From NCBI GenBank assembly GCA_046350795.1, contig JAXLZT010000001.1, positions 484,705-548,704 on the forward strand: 64,000 nucleotides of DNA. Reading direction: 5' to 3'. Shown here piece by piece: positions 20,330 through 31,358 of this stretch (position 1 is the stretch's first letter; each line of letters opens with the position of its first letter). The notes under the pieces were generated by a model. That model was not told the DNA's origin, searched no databases, and saw only the letters and a list, made by a program, of their open reading frames with translations. Made by a program: the position numbers and the translations under genes. The DNA is from Minisyncoccota bacterium. GTDB lineage: Bacteria; Patescibacteriota; Minisyncoccia; Phycocordibacterales; CALRHW01.

Positions 20330-20358
20330 ACTTTAGCACCTTTTTGGCTATATGTCAA
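20330..20358 (-). promoter_or_regulatory. sigma70 promoter of cassette C
   Basis: TTGACA-17nt-(TGn)TAAAGT. Confidence 0.65.
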
Positions 20359-20456
20359 GCTAGTAAGAAGTTCTATTTTGCCCATATTTCTGTTATTATT
20401 CCTCATATATTTAATAAAACAGCCCGGCGAAACCGGTGCGACGAAAAAACAAAACC

Positions 20457-21851
20457 ATGGAAAGAACTTTAGTGAGAGAACTCAAAAATCATATCGGCAA
20501 AGAAGTGCTACTCAAGGGCTGGGTGGATATTCGTCGTGATCACGGCAAGCTCATTTTCATAGACATGCGCGACGCGTCTGGAAAAGTGCAAATGGTTGCG
20601 CTTCCAAATCACACAGAAGCACACGCTCTCGCAAACACAGTGCGCACAGAATGGGTCATTGAAGTCAAAGGAAAAGTAAATCCTCGCCCAGAAAAAATGG
20701 TAAAAGCGGGTGAGCTCAACGGAGAGCTTGAAATAGAAATCCTCGACATGAAAGTGCTCAACGAAGCACAGACACCTCCTTTTGACGTGGGCTCTGACGG
20801 TCGCGACATCAACGAAGAGACTCGTCTCAAGTATCGCTACCTTGATTTGCGCCGACCGAGAATGCAAGCAAACATTCGCAACCGCCACAAAGCGATACAG
20901 TTTGTGCGCGAGTTTTACACGCGCGAAGGTTTTACAGAAGTCGAGACACCATATCTGACCAAGTCTACACCTGAGGGCTCTCGCGACTACATTGTGCCTT
21001 CTCGCCTAGATCAAGGTAAATTTTACGCCCTCCCACAATCTCCTCAGCAATACAAACAGCTCCTCATGTCCGCTGGCTTTGAAAGATATTTTCAGATTGC
21101 TCGATGTTTCCGCGACGAAGACACACGAGGCGACAGACAGCCTGAGTTTACACAAATAGATATTGAAATGAGTTTTGCTGTACAAGAAGACGTGATGGCA
21201 ATGAATGAAAAAATGATCACAGAGCTTGTGCAAAAGCTTTATCCAGAGAAAAAAATCACAGCGCTTCCTTTTCCACGACTTTCATACAAAGAAGCTATGG
21301 AAAAGTACGGCAATGACAAGCCTGATTTGCGCGTAGACAAGAATGATCCAAATGAGCTCGCATTTTGCTGGGTTATAGACTTCCCATTTTTTGAAAAGAC
21401 AGATGAGGGCGGTTGGACATTTACTCACAATCCTTTTTCTGCGCCAAAGCCTGAGTACGTGCCAGATTTACTCGCAAAGAAAAATATAGAAGGCATCGTC
21501 GCTGCACAGTATGACATGGTGCTCAATGGCTTTGAAATAGGTGGCGGAGGAATACGCAACCACACTCCTGCAATGCTTCGCGCTGTGTTTGAAATAATGG
21601 GATATGAGGCGGAGAGGATAGAGAAAAACTTTGGTCATATGTTAGAAGCTTTCGCTTCTGGTACACCTCCACATGGAGGTCTAGCTTTTGGCTTTGATAG
21701 ATTGATTATGCTCCTACAAAACGAGCCGAATATTCGCGAGGTCATAGCTTTTGCCAAAACAGGCGAAGGCCGTGATCCAATGATGCAGTCACCAGCCGAG
21801 GTTGCGGGTGCGCAGTTGAAAGAGTTGGGGATTAAGGTGGTCATGGACTAA
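20457..21851 (+). CDS. aspS: Aspartate--tRNA ligase (short, GAD-domain-less, probably non-discriminating)
   Basis: GWV..RRDHG.LIFID.RD, RLKYRYLDLRR, LPQSPQQYKQLLM, FRDED.RGDRQPEFTQID, PPHGGLAFGFDR; ATG at 20457. Confidence 0.95.
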   Translation: MERTLVRELKNHIGKEVLLKGWVDIRRDHGKLIFIDMRDASGKVQMVALPNHTEAHALANTVRTEWVIEVKGKVNPRPEKMVKAGELNGELEIEILDMKVLNEAQTPPFDVGSDGRDINEETRLKYRYLDLRRPRMQANIRNRHKAIQFVREFYTREGFTEVETPYLTKSTPEGSRDYIVPSRLDQGKFYALPQSPQQYKQLLMSAGFERYFQIARCFRDEDTRGDRQPEFTQIDIEMSFAVQEDVMAMNEKMITELVQKLYPEKKITALPFPRLSYKEAMEKYGNDKPDLRVDKNDPNELAFCWVIDFPFFEKTDEGGWTFTHNPFSAPKPEYVPDLLAKKNIEGIVAAQYDMVLNGFEIGGGGIRNHTPAMLRAVFEIMGYEAERIEKNFGHMLEAFASGTPPHGGLAFGFDRLIMLLQNEPNIREVIAFAKTGEGRDPMMQSPAEVAGAQLKELGIKVVMD

Positions 21852-21916
21852 AAATTACAGGAATCAAAGTTTAATTGGTTAATTTCAAATTAAAGGTTTT
21901 GGTCTTAACTTTTAAT

Positions 21917-21944
21917 TTGCATTATTTGTATTATATGCTATACT
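21917..21944 (+). promoter_or_regulatory. Promoter for a probably leaderless fic/hsd transcript
   Basis: TTGCAT-16nt-(TGn)TATACT, 6 nt before ATG 21951. Confidence 0.65.
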
Positions 21945-21950
21945 CGACCT

Positions 21951-23087
21951 ATGGCAGACAAATACAAGTCAGGAACGCATAAGCAACATGAGGGCTACAA
22001 GAGCTTTCAGCCATCTTTGGTTAATAAGAGTTTTGAGTGGACAGACAAGCGTATTGATGTCCTTCTTGCTGATGCCATGAGATATCTCGGCGAGCTCAAC
22101 GCTTTTTCAAAGTTGGTCCCTGACGTGGATTTTTTCATAAAAATGCACATCGCAAAAGAAGCTACTACCTCAAGCAAAATTGAGGGTACACAGACAAAAC
22201 TCGATGAGGCACTTCTCCCTGAACTTGAAATTGATCCAGAAAAAAGAAACGACTGGGAAGAAGTTCAGAACTATGTAAAAGCCATCAACTACTCAATTGC
22301 AGAACTTGAAAGGCTACCCCTATCAATACGGCTTGCAAGAGATACGCATAAAGTTTTACTTTCTAGTGTTCGTGGATATACAAAACTTCCAGGAGAAGTT
22401 CGCCGAAGCCAGAACTGGATCGGTGGTGCAACCCTCAAAGATGCGGTATTTATTCCACCTCACCATGAAGAAGTTGGTGAACTCTTGAGTGATCTTGAAA
22501 GGTTTTGGCACAACAAAGAGGTTGATATTCCAGATCTTATAAAGATCGCCATCTCGCACTATCAATTCGAAACCATCCACCCATTCCTCGATGGTAATGG
22601 TCGTATTGGTCGACTGCTCATTACTCTTCACTTGGTGAGCCTTGGTATTCTTCAGAAGCCAACACTCTACATCTCAGATTTCTTCGAAAAGCATCGTCCG
22701 CAATATTACGATGGTCTTTCGCGTGTTCGCGAAACGAACGACATTGAGCACTGGTTGAGATTCTTTCTTACTGGTGTGCTTGAGACCGCAAAGAATTCAA
22801 GACAGACACTCGAGAAGATTATTGACCTTAGAAAGAAGTACGAAACAACAATCGAAAAAGGCATGGGCATCAAACGCCAAAAGCTTGGTAAGGAACTTTT
22901 GCGTTGCTTGTTCTCACAGCCAGTTGTAACGATTCGAGACATCGAGTCAATGCTCTCGGTGACATTCCCGACAGCGTCTGCAATAACAAAAGATTTTGTT
23001 AAGCTGGGTTTGTTCTCAGAGAAGACTGGGCTTAAGAAGGATCGAATCTTCTACCTTACCGAATACATTAATCTCTTTAATAAATAA
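21951..23087 (+). CDS. Fic family protein with a C-terminal HTH
   Basis: [23 protein letters not shown] Fic motif, C-terminal wHTH-like region. Confidence 0.93.
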   Translation: MADKYKSGTHKQHEGYKSFQPSLVNKSFEWTDKRIDVLLADAMRYLGELNAFSKLVPDVDFFIKMHIAKEATTSSKIEGTQTKLDEALLPELEIDPEKRNDWEEVQNYVKAINYSIAELERLPLSIRLARDTHKVLLSSVRGYTKLPGEVRRSQNWIGGATLKDAVFIPPHHEEVGELLSDLERFWHNKEVDIPDLIKIAISHYQFETIHPFLDGNGRIGRLLITLHLVSLGILQKPTLYISDFFEKHRPQYYDGLSRVRETNDIEHWLRFFLTGVLETAKNSRQTLEKIIDLRKKYETTIEKGMGIKRQKLGKELLRCLFSQPVVTIRDIESMLSVTFPTASAITKDFVKLGLFSEKTGLKKDRIFYLTEYINLFNK

Positions 23088-23095
23088 TAAACATC

Positions 23096-25012
23096 ATGGA
23101 AAATTTCAACCAAAAAACATCAATGATCTGGAGTATAGCCGACATCTTACGTGGTGGCTGGAAACAGCATGAATACCAGGATGTGATATTGCCTTTGGTG
23201 GTTTTGAAGCGCCTCGATTCTATCCTTGCCGACACTAAAGCTTCGGTCCTCGAGAAATACAATGAGTATAAAGGCAAAGTGAATGACCTTGATCCTATCC
23301 TCAAGAAAACTTCAGGGACAGCCTTCTACAATATCTCTGATTACGATTTCAAAACTATTCTTGGAGAGCCAAAGCATCTCGCAAAGAACTTCAAGCAGTA
23401 CATTAACGGGTACAGCAAGAATATCCAGGACATCTTTGAGAAGTTTGATTTCAGCAAACAGCTCGAGCGTCTCGAAGGTGGTGATCTCTTGTTTTACGTG
23501 ATTCAGGAATTGAATAAAGTTGATTTGCACCCTTCAAAGGTAGACAACTATCAAATGGGACACATCTTTGAAGAACTTCTCCGAAAGTTTTCTGAAATGT
23601 CCAACGAAACCGCTGGAGAGCACTACACCCCACGAGACGTGATCGGACTTATGACCGAGATGCTCTTCTCGCCTGATAAGAAGGACCTCAAGAAACCTCA
23701 CGTTATAAAAAAGATTTATGACCCTGCCTGTGGTACAGGTGGCATGCTTTCTGTTGCTAAGGATTACATTCTCGAAAACATAAATAAAGAAGCTGACATT
23801 TTCCTTTACGGCCAAGAACTTAACTCGGTGACGTATGCAATGGCTAAGTCAGACATGCTTATCAAGGGTGATAATCCTGATCTAATTCGAGGTGGTGAAA
23901 AGGACCATTCAAAAGCAAGTACACTCGCCAACGATCAATTCTTTGCAGAAGTATTTGACTACGGACTAAGTAATCCACCCTACGGAGTTGATTGGAAGAA
24001 GGATAAGGATGCTGTAGAGCGTGAAGCATCTCGTGGATACGCTGGTAGGTTTGGTGCAGGAACTCCTCGCATTTCTGATGGACAACTTTTGTTCCTACAG
24101 CATCTCATTTCAAAGATGAAACCTGAAAAAGATGGCGGCTCACGTATTGCGATCGTTCACAACGGGTCCCCACTATTTACCGGTGATGCTGGTAGCGGAG
24201 AAAGTGAAATCCGCCGATGGATTCTTGAAAAGGATCTGCTCGAAGCAATCGTCGCATTGCCTGATCAGCTTTTCTATAACACAGGAATTAATACATACCT
24301 TTGGTTTATCACCAACAGAAAATCAAAAGAAAGAAAAAGTAAGGTTCAGCTTATTGATGCTCGCACCCTCTTCAAGAAAACTCGCAAGAGTCTTGGTAGT
24401 AAGCGACATGAGATTGACACTGAACACAAAAAACAAATTTTGGATCTGTACGAGAAATTTGAAGAAAATGAATACTCAAAGATTTTCAAGACAACAGACT
24501 TTGCATACAGACAGATCACCATTGAGCGCCCTCTCCGCCTCAAGCTTGATTTCACTCCAGAGAAAATAAAGGAGATTACCGAAACTCTTGATCCAAGCGC
24601 TATTAAAGCTGGCGTAAAGACACTCATAGAATCTTTTGAGAATCAGATATATATGAGCAAGAAGGTATTCGAAGAAGCTTTTGATAAAAGGGTTGAACAG
24701 TATGTATCAGGCAAGCTTACCGCCGCACTCTACAAAAAAATTATTTCTACCTTTAGCGAAAGTGATCCAGAGGCGGACATTGTACTTGATAAGAATGGCG
24801 ACCCAGAGGCCGACACGTCTTTGCGTGATTTTGAGAATGTTCCGTATGAGATGGATATCAAAGAATATTTTGATAAAGAGGTAAAGCCATACGTGCCTGA
24901 TGCTTGGATCAATGAATCAGTCCGAGATCACAAAGACGGTAAGGTTGGTATCGTGGGCTACGAGATTCCATTCACTCGCCACTTCTACAAGTACGAAGCC
25001 CACGAAGCTTAG
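23096..25012 (+). CDS. hsdM: Type I R-M methyltransferase subunit (C-terminus frameshifted as given)
   Basis: IWSIADILRG, GEHYTPRDV, DPACGTGG (motif I), NPPY (motif IV). The expected tail is found out of frame up to 25078. Confidence 0.94.
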   Translation: MENFNQKTSMIWSIADILRGGWKQHEYQDVILPLVVLKRLDSILADTKASVLEKYNEYKGKVNDLDPILKKTSGTAFYNISDYDFKTILGEPKHLAKNFKQYINGYSKNIQDIFEKFDFSKQLERLEGGDLLFYVIQELNKVDLHPSKVDNYQMGHIFEELLRKFSEMSNETAGEHYTPRDVIGLMTEMLFSPDKKDLKKPHVIKKIYDPACGTGGMLSVAKDYILENINKEADIFLYGQELNSVTYAMAKSDMLIKGDNPDLIRGGEKDHSKASTLANDQFFAEVFDYGLSNPPYGVDWKKDKDAVEREASRGYAGRFGAGTPRISDGQLLFLQHLISKMKPEKDGGSRIAIVHNGSPLFTGDAGSGESEIRRWILEKDLLEAIVALPDQLFYNTGINTYLWFITNRKSKERKSKVQLIDARTLFKKTRKSLGSKRHEIDTEHKKQILDLYEKFEENEYSKIFKTTDFAYRQITIERPLRLKLDFTPEKIKEITETLDPSAIKAGVKTLIESFENQIYMSKKVFEEAFDKRVEQYVSGKLTAALYKKIISTFSESDPEADIVLDKNGDPEADTSLRDFENVPYEMDIKEYFDKEVKPYVPDAWINESVRDHKDGKVGIVGYEIPFTRHFYKYEAHEA

Positions 25013-25082
25013 AGGAAATAGAGATTGATATAGAAAAGAGTCGAGAATGAATTGCTCACTCTCCTAAAGCAACTATAAACAT

Positions 25083-25818
25083 ATGGCTGACATTAAACTG
25101 CCACAATTAAATAACAAAGAAGAAGTTCTTACTTTCCTAAAGGAAGCGCCTGTCCAACTTGCAGAAGTTGTTACTGGAATTCTCGGATCTGAATCTACCG
25201 AATGGAAGATGTCTGCTGGCCGCATTATCCAAAGTGCGTTAAAAGGTAATCTTCTAACATGCCTTGGCAATGAACTAAAAAAGTATAAAGACAAAGGTGA
25301 AATTAAAGATGATTTCCTTGCAACAGATGCGACCAGAATGGCTTTAAATGAGATCTTAAAGATGATCGATGGTAATGATATTCGGATGAGATTAAATTTC
25401 GTGCAATAAAATCAATTTTTATAAGTGGTATCAATACTAATTCAACAAACGAAGATGAGTTTTGGCATACGAATTTTTACGCACTGCTGTAGGTGTTTCT
25501 GGTACTGAAGTTTTGATACTTAAAGCAAATTTCGCAATAGCAAACAAGCAATATGTAAATGATGTTGGAATATTGATTGAAAAAAATGCTTCTCCACACT
25601 CTAGACAAGGATGGGCAAATATAGTTTCAAAACAAATGGGCCTACAAGGGTTTAATACTCTTGTGAGTAAGTATGAAGAAAATCTTGAAAAGCTTGGACT
25701 CATTTCTCCAAGAAATTATGACAACCGATTTTCAAGTGAATTTATTCCAACAAATAAGTTTCGTCTAAGTGAGATGGGTTATAAATTCTGCCAGTTCATG
25801 ACTAAATATGAGAAATAA
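25083..25818 (+). pseudogene. Single ~245-aa hypothetical gene split by two apparent 1-nt deletions (pseudogene or consensus error)
   Basis: ORFs 25083-25409 and 25462-25818 are bridged by a third-frame segment DEIKFRAIKSIFISGINTNSTNEDE, with shifts near 25383 and 25460. Confidence 0.65.
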
Positions 25819-25819
25819 T

Positions 25820-27133
25820 ATGCAAACACTCAAACTTACAAAGAAATATGAAAAGTACCCTGAATATAAAGATTCAGGGGTTGAGTGGTTTGGAAAAGTT
25901 CCGAAAGACTGGCAAGTTGGACCGCTTAGATCTGTATTAGTTGAGAGAGTAGAGAAAAACAAAAAACTCGTAACTGACAATATTCTTTCAGTAATGAAAG
26001 ATGTTGGTGTAATTAGGTACGCGGATAAGGGTGATGTTGGCAATAAGAGTTCTGATCGGCCTGAGAATTATAAGATAGTTCACGCTGGAGACATTGTCTT
26101 AAACAGTATGAATCTTGTAATTGGTTCTGTGGGACAATCAAAAGAGCTTGGTGTTACAAGTTCTGTATATATTATTTACTATCCAAGAAACAAAGAAATA
26201 TTTGCTGATTATTACCATTACTTATTTAGAAATAAATCGTGGCAAAAAACCTTAGGGAGACTTGGTAAAGGAATAATGGAATTGAGAGAATCCATAAATT
26301 CAGATCTCCTAAAGATAGAGCCGGTTCCTATACCTCCCTTTAATCAACAGAAAGCAATAGTAGCCTTTCTTGATAAAAAAACTTCTTATATTGATCGAAT
26401 CATCGAGAACAAACAAAAATTAATTGAGCTTTTGCGTGAGAAACGCACATCGGTTATTAATAATGCCGTTACAATAGGTCTTACTCAGAAAGTTGAGCTT
26501 GTTGAAAGTGGTATTGCTTGGATTGGGAAGATGCCAAAGGGATGGAGATTAGACAAGATCAAGAGAGTTGCTCTTATAAATAAAAAGACTCTATCAGAAA
26601 ATACTAACCCTAATTTTTCCTTCAAATATTTTGATATTGGATCGGTTGATGAAGAAGAAGTGTCTAATGTTGAAAGTGAAATAACTTTTGAAAAAGCACC
26701 GAGCCGAGCAAGAAGAATTGTTAGTGTTGGAGACTCAATAATTGCCACCGTCAGAACATATCTCAAAGCAATCGCTTACTTCGATAAGTTAGATACTGAT
26801 ACAGTAGCTTCTACTGGTTTTGCTGTCTTAACCCCCAAAAAAGAATTGATTCCAAAATATCTTTTTTATTATCTACAATCAGATAGATTCATTAACCAAG
26901 TAATCATTAAGTCAAAAGGTATAGGCTATCCGGCAATTACACCTTTTGATCTTGGTTCTTTAGAAATAATCTACCCTGATAAAAACATCCAACAATCAAT
27001 TGTTACCTATCTTGATGAAAGTGTAAATAAATATAATTCAATTATTGAAAAAGCCGAAAAATCAATAAATCTTTTAAGCGAGTTTAAGTCTTCACTGATA
27101 TCAAGTGTGGTAACAGGAAAAATTAAAGTATAA
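25820..27133 (+). CDS. hsdS: Type I R-M specificity subunit
   Basis: Two TRDs with conserved repeats YKDSGVEWFGKVPKDW and VESGIAWIGKMPKGW; PP..QQ.AI..FLD; SLISSVVTGKI. Confidence 0.93.
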   Translation: MQTLKLTKKYEKYPEYKDSGVEWFGKVPKDWQVGPLRSVLVERVEKNKKLVTDNILSVMKDVGVIRYADKGDVGNKSSDRPENYKIVHAGDIVLNSMNLVIGSVGQSKELGVTSSVYIIYYPRNKEIFADYYHYLFRNKSWQKTLGRLGKGIMELRESINSDLLKIEPVPIPPFNQQKAIVAFLDKKTSYIDRIIENKQKLIELLREKRTSVINNAVTIGLTQKVELVESGIAWIGKMPKGWRLDKIKRVALINKKTLSENTNPNFSFKYFDIGSVDEEEVSNVESEITFEKAPSRARRIVSVGDSIIATVRTYLKAIAYFDKLDTDTVASTGFAVLTPKKELIPKYLFYYLQSDRFINQVIIKSKGIGYPAITPFDLGSLEIIYPDKNIQQSIVTYLDESVNKYNSIIEKAEKSINLLSEFKSSLISSVVTGKIKV

Positions 27134-27137
27134 ATAT

Positions 27138-28379
27138 ATGTTCGGACCAACTTTTGACGATTATTATAGAAAAGCTATCGAGATGTTCAATCAAGACATC
27201 TTGAGGGAGTCTGATGAGCAAATTTTAGGATCAGAAATAGATGATCTTGCAAATTTCTATTGTCAGAAATATGCCCTGGTCCCATTAGTATTCGATCCAG
27301 CAGATTTATCGTATGAAATGAAAAAAGAGGTTCGTCGAGTACCCGCTCATCAGCGTGATGAATTTTATCGATACCAGGGTGATACAGAATTTGAATATGA
27401 ATCCGCAGTGCTTTCTTTTCCTATTCAAGCTAATCCAAATTTAGACTGGTTGAAAAAGTTATCGGGGCCAGTGCATCATATGGATGGATTTGACCAAAGA
27501 GTAGTATACGGTCCCAGTGAGATTTCTTATTCCTTTGATGTTAAGTGGTATGGTGGCCATTCAAGCGAAGATAGTATTGCGAACGAAATTAATACAAAAT
27601 CACAAAGAATCATTGAGAGTCTAAACCAAAAGAACTCTAGTATTGAATCTGGCAATGCAGCACTTCTGAGAACAATCAAAGATGGAATCACTAAACGCAA
27701 AGAAAAATTATTAAGTGATAAGGAGAAATTGAGCACGCTTACTCAGAAAATAAAAATACCTCTAAAACAAAAAACTAATCCCTCTGCTACGAAGATTCAA
27801 GTAGATGTTAAAAAGTTTGTCCATGTTGTAAAGCCAACACCTAAATTACCAGCAGAATATACGCTTGAGGAATCGATCCTGAAAGATATTTTGGGATTTG
27901 TTGATAATCAATGCAGAACATTTGAGAGAACTCCTGGTGCTTATAAGCAATTAGGAGAAGAGCAACTTCGTGATGTAATCCTTTCTGCGCTAAATGGTAT
28001 TTTTGAAGGCAATGCTACTGGAGAAACTTTCGTCAAAAAAGGAAAAACTGATATACATCTTAAAATTGAGAAAGGAGAAATTTTGATTTTTGAATGTAAA
28101 AACTGGGATGGAGAAAAGATATATCTAGAGACCATAGACCAATTGATGGGATACGTTACCTGGAGACAAAACTATGGCGTTGTGATCATGTTTTCGAAAA
28201 ATAAAGATTTTTCAAAAATACTAGCTCAAATACCAGACATTATTCAAAAGCATACGCAATATAAATCAGGATTCAAACAGTTAAACAGCAACCATTTTGT
28301 ATCCGACCACACTCTTCCCGAGGATTCTGGTAAGACAATAAAGGTACATCACTTGATATATAACATTTACAGCGAATAA
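27138..28379 (+). CDS. Hypothetical protein with a C-terminal PD-(D/E)XK nuclease-like domain
   Basis: EEQLRDVIL..L..ATGETF.KKGKTDI...ILIFECK.W.G..IDQL.GY; central coiled-coil. Confidence 0.72.
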   Translation: MFGPTFDDYYRKAIEMFNQDILRESDEQILGSEIDDLANFYCQKYALVPLVFDPADLSYEMKKEVRRVPAHQRDEFYRYQGDTEFEYESAVLSFPIQANPNLDWLKKLSGPVHHMDGFDQRVVYGPSEISYSFDVKWYGGHSSEDSIANEINTKSQRIIESLNQKNSSIESGNAALLRTIKDGITKRKEKLLSDKEKLSTLTQKIKIPLKQKTNPSATKIQVDVKKFVHVVKPTPKLPAEYTLEESILKDILGFVDNQCRTFERTPGAYKQLGEEQLRDVILSALNGIFEGNATGETFVKKGKTDIHLKIEKGEILIFECKNWDGEKIYLETIDQLMGYVTWRQNYGVVIMFSKNKDFSKILAQIPDIIQKHTQYKSGFKQLNSNHFVSDHTLPEDSGKTIKVHHLIYNIYSE

Positions 28380-28380
28380 T

Positions 28381-31350
28381 ATGACAACAAAAACAAACAC
28401 AAAAGAATCAGGATTTGAAGAATTTATTGAGCAAGAGCTCAAGTGTCTTCATTCATACCGAACCCGATCAACCTCTTCATATAACAAAGAGCTTTGTATG
28501 GATACCGAGTTGGTCCTCGAGTTTATTCATACAACACAGAAAGATAGTTGGGATAAATTAGTTGAACAATATGGTGGCGATGTTGCCAATCGATTCTTGG
28601 CTAGACTAGATGAAGAGCTTCTTTCTCGTGGTCTTTTGAGCGTACTTCGTGAGGGTGTGAGAGATCGTGGTGTTACGATTAAGCTCGCATATTTCAAACC
28701 TGAAAACGATAGAAACCCCGAGACACTTGCCGACTACGCAGGGAATATCTTGAGCGTAATGCGCCAGGTCAAATATAGTGCCAAGAACGAGAACTCTATC
28801 GACATGGTTATCTTTGTAAATGGTCTTCCTCTCTTTACCGCTGAACTCAAGAATCAATTCACTGGACAGAATGTTATCAATGCAATTTCACAATACAGAA
28901 CTGATCGTGATCAGAAAGAAAAGTTGCTTGGATTTAAGAGATGCCTCACACACTTTGCGGTGGATACCGAACAGGCATACATGACCACTCGCCTCACAGG
29001 GCTTACTACCTACTTCCTACCATTCAACAAAGGTAACAATGGATCATCAGGTAATCCCGATGCACCAAAAGGAAAATATAAAACTCATTATCTCTGGGAA
29101 GAAATCTGGGCAAAGTATAGTATCTTTGATTTGATCGGAAATTTTATACAGGATGTGACCGAAGAGAAAGAGGATAAGAACGGTAAAAAGCAAAAGGTGG
29201 AGAAAGTTATCTTCCCTCGATACCACCAGCTTGAGACAGTAAAGAGAATCGTAGAAGATGCCAAAGCCAATGGTGCAGGTAAAAACTATTTGATTCAGCA
29301 CAGTGCAGGGTCCGGAAAGAGTAATACTATCGCATGGACAGCGCACAGACTTGCCGAACTTCATGCTGTTGAAGGAAAGAATGTATTTGACGGAGTAATT
29401 GTTGTAACTGATCGACGAGTGCTTGATAGACAGCTTTCAGATACCGTTAAAAGCTTTAGCCAGGTAACTGGTCTAGTTAAGCATGTAGAAAATGGTGGTA
29501 AAGAGCTTAAAGAATCACTCGAATCAGGAGTGAAAATCATTACAACAACCTTGCAGAAGTTTCCAGTTATCGTTGATGCCATAGAAAAAGTTGAGGGTAG
29601 AAAGTTTGCCGTAATCATTGATGAGGCGCACTCATCACAATCAGGAGAATCGGCGGCCGATTTGCGACAGGTCCTCACACTTGATGAAGCTGAAAAAGAA
29701 AGTCAGGAAGAAGAGAAAGCATTTAAGACAATTGAAGATCAGATCGTTGAGCGTATGAAGGCGCGAAAAGTTGCGTCTCCAAATTTGTCATTCTTTGCCT
29801 TTACAGCTACTCCAAAGCAAAAGACTCTTGAATTATTCGGTACGGAAGACGTGGTGACTGGTAAATTCGGTCCTTTTTCACTGTACTCGATGAAGCAAGC
29901 CATTGAAGAAAAATTCATTCTTGATGTGCTTAAGAATTACACAACCTACGAAACCTACTTCGGACTTTTGAAGAAAGTAGAAGATGACCCTGAGTTCGAC
30001 AAGAAAAAGGCTCAGCGACTTATGGTTGGATATGTTGAGCGACATGAGCATGCTATTGATAAAAAGGTGGCTATTATGGTTGAACACTTCGAGGAAAAGA
30101 TCGCCTCGCTTATTAATGGCAAGGCAAAAGCTATGGTGGTGACCAAGTCTCGACTCCATGCGGTCCGTTATAAGATTGCATTTGATAAGTATCTTAAAGA
30201 AAAAGGATACACACACAAAGCGTTGGTAGCTTTCTCTGGAACAGTTAAGGATGTTGATACCAAACTTGAATACACCGAAGGTCAGATGAATAAGGTTCCT
30301 GAAAGTCAGACTGCCGAGGAATTCAAAAATGATGATTACAAGTTTCTGATCGTAGCCGAGAAGTTCCAGACTGGATTCGACCAGCCACTATTGTCGGTAA
30401 TGTATGTAGATAAGAAACTTGGTGGTGTTGGTGCGGTCCAGACTTTGTCTCGACTTAATCGAACCACATACAACAAAGAAGAAACCTTTGTTCTTGATTT
30501 CGTAAACCAGACTGATGATATCAAGGATGCCTTCCAACCTTACTACACAACTACTGTTCTCTCAGAAGCGACAGATCCAAACATCCTGCATGATCTTGAG
30601 CGAGATGTGCGTGGGTTTAAGTTCTTCACTGATTTTGAGGTTAATGGCTTTATCGATGAACTCTATTCAAGAGCAACTCCTGACAAGCTCAATTATATTA
30701 TCGACGGCGTAGTCTCTCGCATCAACGAAGAAAACCTTACTGAAGAAGAAATGGAGAGTTTCAAGTCTACGGTATTTGATTATCTCAAGAAGTACGCATT
30801 CATCTCACAGATTGTAACCTTCGAAGATCCTCAGCTGGAAAAGTTGTTCATATTCTTGAAGTATTTGATTAGAAAGCTTCCTAAGCGTGAAAACCCACTA
30901 CCATATGAGGTCCTTCAGGCAATAGATATGGAAACATACCGAGTGGAAAAGAAAGGTGAAATGCATCTTCAACTCGAAAATGCTGAAGGCCTTATTGAGC
31001 CTATGGGCGGTGGCGATTCAAAGAGTCAAACCGAAGAAGAGAAAGATGCACTGTCTCGAATTATTAAGGAAGTAAATGAAAGATATGGAACCAACTTCAA
31101 TGATGGTGACCGAGTGATCCTTAATGATTTGAGTAAGCGACTACTTGAAAGCGAGATCCTTCAGGGTTCAGTGATGAACAACAGCAAAGATGCCGCTAAG
31201 TTGAAATTTGATCAACTCTTCCAGGACGAGCTCGTGAGCGTGCTTGATAAGCACTTTAGCTTGTATCAAAAGTTGGACCAGAGTCCAGAGCTCAAGAAGT
31301 TCGTGCAAGAACGAGTGTTCGAATTTGTGGTTAAGAAAATGAAAAAATAA
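28381..31350 (+). CDS. hsdR: Type I R-M restriction subunit
   Basis: DMVIFVNGLP...ELK nuclease motif, PRYHQ, HSAGSGKS (Walker A), DEAH, TATP, TGFDQP, QTLSRLNR. Confidence 0.95.
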   Translation: MTTKTNTKESGFEEFIEQELKCLHSYRTRSTSSYNKELCMDTELVLEFIHTTQKDSWDKLVEQYGGDVANRFLARLDEELLSRGLLSVLREGVRDRGVTIKLAYFKPENDRNPETLADYAGNILSVMRQVKYSAKNENSIDMVIFVNGLPLFTAELKNQFTGQNVINAISQYRTDRDQKEKLLGFKRCLTHFAVDTEQAYMTTRLTGLTTYFLPFNKGNNGSSGNPDAPKGKYKTHYLWEEIWAKYSIFDLIGNFIQDVTEEKEDKNGKKQKVEKVIFPRYHQLETVKRIVEDAKANGAGKNYLIQHSAGSGKSNTIAWTAHRLAELHAVEGKNVFDGVIVVTDRRVLDRQLSDTVKSFSQVTGLVKHVENGGKELKESLESGVKIITTTLQKFPVIVDAIEKVEGRKFAVIIDEAHSSQSGESAADLRQVLTLDEAEKESQEEEKAFKTIEDQIVERMKARKVASPNLSFFAFTATPKQKTLELFGTEDVVTGKFGPFSLYSMKQAIEEKFILDVLKNYTTYETYFGLLKKVEDDPEFDKKKAQRLMVGYVERHEHAIDKKVAIMVEHFEEKIASLINGKAKAMVVTKSRLHAVRYKIAFDKYLKEKGYTHKALVAFSGTVKDVDTKLEYTEGQMNKVPESQTAEEFKNDDYKFLIVAEKFQTGFDQPLLSVMYVDKKLGGVGAVQTLSRLNRTTYNKEETFVLDFVNQTDDIKDAFQPYYTTTVLSEATDPNILHDLERDVRGFKFFTDFEVNGFIDELYSRATPDKLNYIIDGVVSRINEENLTEEEMESFKSTVFDYLKKYAFISQIVTFEDPQLEKLFIFLKYLIRKLPKRENPLPYEVLQAIDMETYRVEKKGEMHLQLENAEGLIEPMGGGDSKSQTEEEKDALSRIIKEVNERYGTNFNDGDRVILNDLSKRLLESEILQGSVMNNSKDAAKLKFDQLFQDELVSVLDKHFSLYQKLDQSPELKKFVQERVFEFVVKKMKK

Positions 31351-31358
31351 TCTTATTT

